64,000 nt of DNA from Candidatus Microgenomates bacterium (lineage in GTDB: Bacteria > Patescibacteriota > Microgenomatia > UBA8517). The number at the start of each line of letters is the position of its first letter. The first letter of the stretch is position 1. Both the position numbers and the translations under genes were made by a program. Shown here piece after piece: positions 57,779 to 64,000 of the stretch. Below the pieces are notes generated by a model that saw only the letters and a program-made list of their open reading frames with translations, searched no databases and had not been told where the DNA came from. Location: assembly GCA_049523135.1 (NCBI GenBank), contig JBEKNE010000001.1, positions 82,095 to 146,094 of the forward strand. Reading direction: 5' to 3'.

Positions 57779-58753
57779 CTAGAAAGTGGAAATGCCGCTG
57801 TAGAGTACCCAATAGATTAATATTGCCCAAATAAATATAGCCGCAATCAACATTTCATCGGACAAAAGCAGCTTTTCAGGTGTTTCGCTTTTACCCTCGA
57901 AAATAAGTGATTCGTATCTCATTATTCCAAAAATCGTTACGGGAATTGTAAGCATTAGAAGTTTGTCAATTGTGGTTGTTTTGGAAAACTCCGCCAAGAC
58001 CATCCAGAATGGGGTTGATGCTTTCGGACTTTCGAAGAATGTAAAAAGAGCCCAACTCATCCATGAAGCGTTGCCAAACATGGTTACATAGGAATTCAGA
58101 AGCTCCTTTTTATATGTACCCAGACTTTTTCTGGTTAGGTTTTCCGTGTTTTCAACAAGATTAAGTTCTGCTCTTCTTTTGCCGGAAGCAAGAAACAGAG
58201 CCACTGAAATTACACAAAGCAGGAACCAAACGGAAAGATGGGCGTCGATTACAAAAGCGCCTGCATACACCCGAAGAACGAATCCAGTTGCTATTATTAT
58301 TATGTCGATTATGGCTACGTTTTTGAGGCCAAGACTATAGAAAAACTGCAGGACTAAGTAGATTAAGATAATTGTAAGGAAAAGTGAATTTAGGTTTCCA
58401 ATAAAAGTCAAAATAATTGATGCCAGAATAAGAACTACCGCCTCAATTAGTGCCAAATGGGTTGGTAAATCTCCGGAAGCTATCGGCCTGAACTTCTTTT
58501 TGGGGTGCATCTTGTCGGAGTCAACATCAAAAATATCGTTAATGATATAGGTGGCGGATGTGATTAAACAGAAAGCGATAAATGCCCAACAAGCTTTAGT
58601 AAAAGTGTTGGTATTAAATAGAGATCCGGATAAGAAGATTGCCGCGAAAATTGCCAAATTCTTGATCCAATGAATAGGCCGCATCGCTCTTATTACGGCG
58701 GAAGCTAGTGTGTATTTTGTTTGACCTGTTTTTGTGGTTGGTGAGTCAGCCAT
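57779..58753 (-). CDS. UbiA family prenyltransferase (decaprenyl-phosphate phosphoribosyltransferase-like)
   Basis: RPIHWIKN, YIINDIFD..D..HP.K..RPIASG, KRRAE. Confidence 0.88.
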   Translation of the reverse strand: MADSPTTKTGQTKYTLASAVIRAMRPIHWIKNLAIFAAIFLSGSLFNTNTFTKACWAFIAFCLITSATYIINDIFDVDSDKMHPKKKFRPIASGDLPTHLALIEAVVLILASIILTFIGNLNSLFLTIILIYLVLQFFYSLGLKNVAIIDIIIIATGFVLRVYAGAFVIDAHLSVWFLLCVISVALFLASGKRRAELNLVENTENLTRKSLGTYKKELLNSYVTMFGNASWMSWALFTFFESPKASTPFWMVLAEFSKTTTIDKLLMLTIPVTIFGIMRYESLIFEGKSETPEKLLLSDEMLIAAIFIWAILIYWVLYSGISTF

Positions 58754-59796
58754 AATATTAATCCGCCTAAAAAGGTGGCTATACCTACCATTGTATAGAC
58801 CTTGCTGGCAGTATTCAAATTAAGGGCCAAAAATCCAAGTAATGCAGTTACTCCCCAATAAAAGTAAGCAACTTGTCTTTTGGTTAAGCCTGCATCCAAA
58901 AGTCTATGATGCAGATGACCTCTGTCGCCCCAAACGGGGGATTTGTGATTCATAATGCGCCTGACTATCGTGTAGCCCGTGTCGATAAGCGGAACTCCCA
59001 AAACAACCATTAAAGCCCCAACCTTGGTTGTGGAAAGAATAGAAAGTACCCCAAGAAGATATCCGGCTAAAGTACTTCCGCCGTATCCCGGCATAATTTT
59101 TTGAGGGAAAATATGCCAAGGAAGAAATCCGAGATATGCCCCCGCAGTTATTGCCGCCAGGATTATTACGGGCCACTGGGTAATATCGGCAGAATATCGC
59201 AGGGAAAGAAACGCTATGGTCAGAGCCGCAATTACAGTAACTCCGCTCAGTTGCCCGTCAACTCCCTTTGCCCCCATATTAACTATGTTCATGAGAAATG
59301 TGATCCAGATAAGGGCAAAAATATCCGAAATAATCCAAATACTGTGTGTTGCTCCAAGAAGTGTAAATGTAATTTGTGGTTGATTAAGATTTATTGTTCC
59401 CCCAAGAGGGTTTGAAACAAAAGCTATGCCGATTCCCGCCGCAATCGGAGCCGCTGCGGCAACGAAGTCTAAGATCAACCGTAAATAAGGATTAAGATTG
59501 TATTTATCGTCAAGGGTCCCCATGACTACAAGTATTGCTGCCCCTATCAGAATCCCAATTATGTGTTTATCTATCGGTAAAAATAGAAAACTGCAAATAA
59601 GAAGCGCAAAAAAAATCGGGATTCCTCCTCCTCTTGGAACCGGATAAGTATGAATTACTTTCGGTTGTTTGTTTTTGGCGGGATCGTCAATTATTCCGAT
59701 TCTCTCGGCAAGTTTGATAACAATGGGAGTGGCCAAAAATGCTAAGACTGCTGAAGTGAGCCATGGAAGTAAAAATAGGTTTCGTAAACTTTCCAT
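58705..59796 (-). CDS. MraY/WecA (GT4) polyprenyl-phosphate GlcNAc-1-P transferase
   Basis: PRGGG, GTLDD, GVDG, DRGHLHHRL. Confidence 0.9.
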   Translation of the reverse strand: MESLRNLFLLPWLTSAVLAFLATPIVIKLAERIGIIDDPAKNKQPKVIHTYPVPRGGGIPIFFALLICSFLFLPIDKHIIGILIGAAILVVMGTLDDKYNLNPYLRLILDFVAAAAPIAAGIGIAFVSNPLGGTINLNQPQITFTLLGATHSIWIISDIFALIWITFLMNIVNMGAKGVDGQLSGVTVIAALTIAFLSLRYSADITQWPVIILAAITAGAYLGFLPWHIFPQKIMPGYGGSTLAGYLLGVLSILSTTKVGALMVVLGVPLIDTGYTIVRRIMNHKSPVWGDRGHLHHRLLDAGLTKRQVAYFYWGVTALLGFLALNLNTASKVYTMVGIATFLGGLILWLTHQPQKQVKQNTH

Positions 59797-59797
59797 T

Positions 59798-60133
59798 TTA
59801 GAAAAATCCTACCAGCAAGATTATTTTAATTACGGTAATTGTTGTTACGCAGGATATTACCAAAGTTGAAATGGCAATTATTTTTTTTAGAAAATCATCC
59901 TTTACCCACAAATTTAACGGTATATTTATTAGTGTGATGGCTAGGGAGGCAATGGGAGCGATGATAAGCCATAACCTTGGTACAAGTTGTCCTTCCCCTA
60001 CAGGTCTGCCGTAGAGTAGTGGGACTACCGGAGGTAAAAAACTCTGCAGCACTAGGATTAACGCAATAGTCAAAATGTCTAAAATTACAGTTGCCAAAAA
60101 GTAATTATTGGAAAATATTCGTTTCAGAAACAT
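59798..60133 (-). CDS. small three-TM membrane protein
   Basis: LPPVVPLLYGRPVGEGQL loop between TM helices. Confidence 0.65.
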   Translation of the reverse strand: MFLKRIFSNNYFLATVILDILTIALILVLQSFLPPVVPLLYGRPVGEGQLVPRLWLIIAPIASLAITLINIPLNLWVKDDFLKKIIAISTLVISCVTTITVIKIILLVGFF

Positions 60134-60159
60134 AAGAGCTGGACTATATTGTACGATAC

Positions 60160-61668
60160 TTACTTGGCCGGAGCAAAATCAACTCTAGAGTAGATATCTG
60201 CATTGTCAATCCGGTTGATCAAAATATATTTTTGTTTTAATAACATTGTAAGTTCGGTATAAGGTTGATCATCGGTTAAAATTATGAATTTTGGAGGATT
60301 TGCGGCGATATTTTTTGCTTCCTGAGCCTTGGAGGAATAATCAGTTACATGGTAATCAACAACATATTTTATTGGAGGCAAGCGTTTTGAAAGAGCATAA
60401 ACTGCGGCCGAATCGGGGTCCCACATAAAAACCCTGTCTGCTGTCAGGCTTGATTGTGTCAGAAATTCAGCAATTGCATAGTTTCTGTTGGTGGTTCCCG
60501 AAAATCCGTTAAAATATTGTTCTTTTGTCTCTTGTCCGGTCGCAAACTTTATAAAATTTAGGTAATAGGATGTTGTCGGATAAAACCAAAATTTGTAGTA
60601 AAAAGGAACAAAAAATACCAAGGCCAACGGAAGTACCGTTAAGGATTGTTCAAGGCTATTTTCCGTAAAGAAAGAAGCTAAAAGTAGTGAAATCGGAGCA
60701 ACTACCTGAATGAGATAGTGCGGATAAGGCCTCTCCGAAAGGGTTATGGCAAAAAGTGCGAAGAGTGTCCAAAGAGAAAGCAAAATAAATCTACCAGAAA
60801 GCTTTTTCCTGAATAGGAAGAGAGTTCCTGAACCTAAAATTACAACGGCTGCCCGTATAAGAAGTGGGGCATTTCTGACCAAGAACGGTTTTTGAACGTC
60901 TCCCGGTCTAAAGCTGCTTAGATAGCCTATGTTTTGCAGAAAAGCGGCACTAATATATTGAGGTAGGGCCCCTTTAAAGAAATACCAAATAAATGTTAAA
61001 AGAATAGGGATGGCAAACCCCACTGCAAGAACCATTGTATTTTTGAATATATTTTTCCAATCCTTGAACCCTCCGACAATCAACCAGTAAAAAACAATGA
61101 TAGGCGCATCAAAGGCAGCGGGAATTTTATAAAGAGTACCAAGGCCAAAAAGAATTCCGGCAAAAAAGATTTCTTTTAATTTCAGCTCTTTCTTAAGAAG
61201 TATTAAAAGTCCGGCAATTGTAAAAACAATCATAAATAGTTCCGAATTTACAGTTAGACCTTCCAAGAGAGGAAGAGTGGTCAGAAGTCCGAAGAGAACC
61301 GTTGCGAGCTTTTGGGCGTTTTGATTTTTCTCAAAAAGCATTTTTGAGAGTTTGTAGAAAAAGAAAATAGTTACAAGATTCCAAAAAGCCAAAATCACCT
61401 TAAACCAGAAAAGATTTCCGGCAACTGCAGCAGTTATATAAAGGAGTGGGGGCTTGTTATCATAAATATTTTTATAGAGAGTAAGCCCTTGGCGGATTCC
61501 TTGGCCAAGCGTCAGATAAACCATTTCATCTCCATAGTAGTAAGGTTCAAAAAAAGAGGGGATTCTCAAAATAAAAACAGTTCCCAAAAGCGTAACTAGC
61601 CAATTTGGCAATTCTGGTAAATGAAGGATACTGCCGATTTTGTGGAGTTTATTCCAAAAAGCTTTCAT
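60160..61668 (-). CDS. GT-C (family 39/ArnT-like) membrane glycosyltransferase
   Basis: DE motif after TM1, DNKPP, multiple TM helices, YPHY. Start moved to MKAFWN. Confidence 0.8.
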   Translation of the reverse strand: MKAFWNKLHKIGSILHLPELPNWLVTLLGTVFILRIPSFFEPYYYGDEMVYLTLGQGIRQGLTLYKNIYDNKPPLLYITAAVAGNLFWFKVILAFWNLVTIFFFYKLSKMLFEKNQNAQKLATVLFGLLTTLPLLEGLTVNSELFMIVFTIAGLLILLKKELKLKEIFFAGILFGLGTLYKIPAAFDAPIIVFYWLIVGGFKDWKNIFKNTMVLAVGFAIPILLTFIWYFFKGALPQYISAAFLQNIGYLSSFRPGDVQKPFLVRNAPLLIRAAVVILGSGTLFLFRKKLSGRFILLSLWTLFALFAITLSERPYPHYLIQVVAPISLLLASFFTENSLEQSLTVLPLALVFFVPFYYKFWFYPTTSYYLNFIKFATGQETKEQYFNGFSGTTNRNYAIAEFLTQSSLTADRVFMWDPDSAAVYALSKRLPPIKYVVDYHVTDYSSKAQEAKNIAANPPKFIILTDDQPYTELTMLLKQKYILINRIDNADIYSRVDFAPAK

Positions 61669-61687
61669 TATTTTTAAGTGTACAAAC

Positions 61688-61716
61688 TTGACACATATTC
61701 CGCAAGTGCCTATACT
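61688..61716 (+). promoter_or_regulatory. sigma70 promoter of the DGR target gene
   Basis: TTGACA-N17-TATACT; SD AGGAGGT at 61754-61760. Confidence 0.8.
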
Positions 61717-61765
61717 ATGGGTCTGCACATTTACATTCGTGCAAATCTATTTTAGGAGGTGTGCG

Positions 61766-62509
61766 ATGGTATCGCATGCTACTGGTCGTGGCTCGGGACA
61801 GCCGACCCCTGCCCAGCTGAAGGAGTTGTTTGCTCAGATTGAGTCTGGAAAGGTAAACAAAGGTCGAATGCAAGAATTCCTGCGTGGTTCAACTCAGACT
61901 GTTACAGTCAAAGTTGCCCAGGAAGTCATGGGGAAGAAGAACTTTTTTGGTCCTGAAGAGTGGACAAAGTTCTTTGGTAAGAAATTTCAACTTACCACTA
62001 TCCCCGAAATCCCACGGAGTCAGAGCGAGCTTGAGAACCCTGGAATCAATCAAGAGCATTTTCTCTTCCTTGGCGTTGACAACTTGGATGGTAAACCTCT
62101 CAATCTGCCAGCCTGGCACAAGGTTTACTCTGGTGAGAATCACCCCAAGTTCTATTGGGATTGGTATCTCACCCATAAGTTTGCTCAAGTTTCCTGTGAG
62201 CTTCGTTGGTACCTAATGCCTGTTGGCGTTGTGGAAGGCTCCCTGAGTCTTGCCTACGATCGTCAAGTTGCTTTGCTTCCTGATAAATACGAGGTTCCGA
62301 CCGCACTCGCTCGCGTCACCGCGAATATCCTTTACTATCTTCTGAACAAGAAGTATTTGGATACAGGTTCCTGGTCACGTACCAGCGACAAGTCTGATGG
62401 CGGTTACCGTGTCAACGTTCAGGGTAGCTCTGGCAGTGGTGTCGGTGTCGACAGCTGGAGCGATGATGCTAACGGCGATGTTGGCTTGTCCGCCTCTCGG
62501 AAATTCTAA
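61766..62509 (+). CDS. DGR target protein (C-terminal variable region)
   Basis: 247 aa from the ATG after AGGAGGT; its last ~34 codons are the VR matching the TR; ends GLSASRKF. Confidence 0.9.
   Translation: MVSHATGRGSGQPTPAQLKELFAQIESGKVNKGRMQEFLRGSTQTVTVKVAQEVMGKKNFFGPEEWTKFFGKKFQLTTIPEIPRSQSELENPGINQEHFLFLGVDNLDGKPLNLPAWHKVYSGENHPKFYWDWYLTHKFAQVSCELRWYLMPVGVVEGSLSLAYDRQVALLPDKYEVPTALARVTANILYYLLNKKYLDTGSWSRTSDKSDGGYRVNVQGSSGSGVGVDSWSDDANGDVGLSASRKF
62400..62502 (+). repeat. DGR variable repeat (VR)
   Basis: 103-bp ungapped match to 62904..63006 with 11 mismatches, all at TR adenines. Confidence 0.96.
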
Positions 62510-62578
62510 GATTGATTCTTGGGTTCTTGAGAAATTGCTTCTCTTGACTCCCTTGAGTCTTTGCTTTTCCGAGTTTTT

Positions 62579-62638
62579 ACCCCCGCATTTTTGCGTTTTA
62601 CCAGATTTTCTGGATGCAAAAGTGCGGGGTGTTTTTTT
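62579..62638 (+). terminator. long hairpin/terminator downstream of the DGR target
   Basis: CCCCGCATTTTTGCGT pairs with ATGCAAAAGTGCGGGG (two G-U pairs), inner CCAGA/TCTGG stem, then a T-tract. Confidence 0.7.
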
Positions 62639-62903
62639 GGGAAAATCTGTGTAAAATAAGTTTCCTTGTTAATGCAGGTTAGGTTACGGCCTAACTTCAC
62701 AAGTGCGGTTTTTTTAAAACGCCGGAATATTCCTCTCTATGAGAGGGAATAGTGTGCGTCTAAAAAGCTTAAAGAATTTCTTGTCTACTTTTGGTGGAGG
62801 AGGGGAAGTACCTCACGATCTCCCAAATAAAATTCAAGAGGGAAAGTATATATAGTGAAAAACTTAACCTCCGGTGAGCATTAGATGAAGGTAGACAAAA
62901 GAA

Positions 62904-63006
62904 GCGGTAACCGTGTCAACGTTCAGGGTAACTCTGACAATGGTATCAATGTCAACAACTGGAACGATGATGCTAACGACGATGTTGGCTTGTCCGCCTC
63001 TCGGAA
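62904..63006 (+). repeat. DGR template repeat (TR)
   Basis: Intergenic, AAC/AAT-rich copy of the VR (9 AAY codons in the VR frame) with an adenine-free 3' segment. Confidence 0.96.
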
Positions 63007-63007
63007 T

Positions 63008-63355
63008 TTACTTTAAGCTTTTTAACCAACCGCCCAACATTCTTCCTATCTCATCAATTTTTTCTTGAAGTGTGATATATTTTTTATTGTCAATTGCCTT
63101 TACATCTTTTGAAAGTCTAATAAACATCCTCATCATATTCAGTTTTTTACTTGCTTCCTCCAAGATGCCAGCCTTTTCATTTTTAGGAAGACCTATTGCT
63201 ACCAGAATTTCCTCCAAAACTTCCAATGTTGTGTTTTCCACTTTTTGCCAAACGGCGTAGCGGTCACTTTTTGGAATAGAACCCCGGAGACTATAGATCT
63301 CCTTGTAAAGCTCATAAGTTTGGTTAAAAATCGGCGTGTCGAAGGAGTTATTCAT
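63008..63355 (-). CDS. avd: Avd-like four-helix bundle accessory protein
   Basis: 115 aa: PIF..YELY..IPKSDRY..IRLSKD..EIGRMLGGW; lies between TR and RT. Confidence 0.85.
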   Translation of the reverse strand: MNNSFDTPIFNQTYELYKEIYSLRGSIPKSDRYAVWQKVENTTLEVLEEILVAIGLPKNEKAGILEEASKKLNMMRMFIRLSKDVKAIDNKKYITLQEKIDEIGRMLGGWLKSLK

Positions 63356-63359
63356 AATA

Positions 63360-64000
63360 ATGAAAATTTATACAGACGTTTTTGAAAATATAATTTCTCC
63401 GGAAAATCTATTCAGTTCCTGGGCAAACTTCAAGCATGATAAACGAAAGAGACCGGATGTACAAGAGTTTGAGATTAGACTTGAAGAAAATATTTTCAAT
63501 CTTCACAGAGAATTAAAAACGGGAATTTACAGGCATGGGCCTTATAAACCTTTTTACATTCACGATCCAAAACAACGTTTGATTCACAAAGCGAGAGTTC
63601 GCGATAGAGTTGTCCACCATGCAATTTACTCAGTCTTAAATCCGATTTTTGAACCGACTTTTATAGCAAATTCATTTTCTTGCCGTATTGGTAAAGGAAC
63701 ACATAAGGGAGTTGAAATTTTAGGAAAAATATTAAGAAAAGTTAGCAAAAATAATACGATAAATTGCTTTGCTTTAAAGGGTGATGTAAAGAAATTCTTT
63801 GATAGTATAGACCATGAAATCTTGCTAGATATTCTAGAAAAAAAGATAAAGGACGAAAATACAATACGGCTTCTTAAAGAAATTATTAATAGTTATTCTG
63901 TGTCTGAAGGGTGTGGAGTACCAATAGGCAACTTAACTTCACAGATTTTTGCAAATATTTACCTGAACGAACTTGATCAATTTATTAAACATGAACTTAG
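63360..64000 (+). CDS. DGR reverse transcriptase (3' part runs off the window)
   Basis: Not in the ORF track. Manual translation: MKIYTDVFENIISPENL..DPKQRLIH..RDRVVHHA..SFSCRIGKGTH..KGDVKKFFDSIDH..GVPIGNLTSQIFANIYLNELDQFIKHEL. The YxDD motif is not within the window. Confidence 0.95.
   Translation, partial: MKIYTDVFENIISPENLFSSWANFKHDKRKRPDVQEFEIRLEENIFNLHRELKTGIYRHGPYKPFYIHDPKQRLIHKARVRDRVVHHAIYSVLNPIFEPTFIANSFSCRIGKGTHKGVEILGKILRKVSKNNTINCFALKGDVKKFFDSIDHEILLDILEKKIKDENTIRLLKEIINSYSVSEGCGVPIGNLTSQIFANIYLNELDQFIKHEL

Larger units (their letters stand above)
61766..64000 (+). mobile_element. diversity-generating retroelement
   Basis: Target/VR, TR, Avd and RT co-located within 2.3 kb. Confidence 0.94.

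Noticed and set aside
61640-61765. Track start of the DGR target at 61640 and of the glycosyltransferase at 61728
   Set aside because: Both extend through a divergent promoter region; the promoter and SD support 61766, and 61668 is the likelier start for the glycosyltransferase.
63360-64000. RT as a group II intron, retron or CRISPR-associated RT
   Set aside because: The adjacent adenine-specific TR/VR pair, Avd and the GNLTSQ motif indicate a DGR; no array or cas gene is visible.
1-64000. CRISPR array, rRNA, IS transposase or prophage
   Set aside because: No repeat-spacer periodicity, rRNA-like sequence, transposase motif or phage structural gene was seen.

Overview
Chromosomal window from a low-GC bacterium. 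Gene content and style point to Patescibacteria/CPR, Microgenomates-like (inference): tandem VirB2-like pilins with PrgI and VirB4, a DUF4012 protein, and frequent leaderless genes. The window spans the replication origin (dnaN-oriC-dnaA, then rpmH-rnpA-yidD-yidC-jag). It also holds 7 tRNAs, tmRNA with smpB, valS, tsaD, a tsaC-tsaE fusion, CIRCE-groES-groEL and envelope glycosylation genes. Three accessory systems stand out. (1) At the right edge, a diversity-generating retroelement: target gene with VR, a TR differing only at adenines, Avd and RT. Its avd gene lies antisense between TR and RT, with the avd and RT start codons 4 nt apart. (2) Between tRNA-Ser(TGA) and the tmRNA 3' end, an island with two candidate RiPP systems: a radical SAM/SPASM enzyme with a 7x Cys-X-Pro precursor flanked by degenerate direct repeats, and a YcaO + SagB pair followed by a protein with a Ser/Cys-rich tail. 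(3) A T4SS-like locus with eight tandem pilins and two candidate peptidoglycan hydrolases. Product calls come from motif recognition only; no database searches were run.
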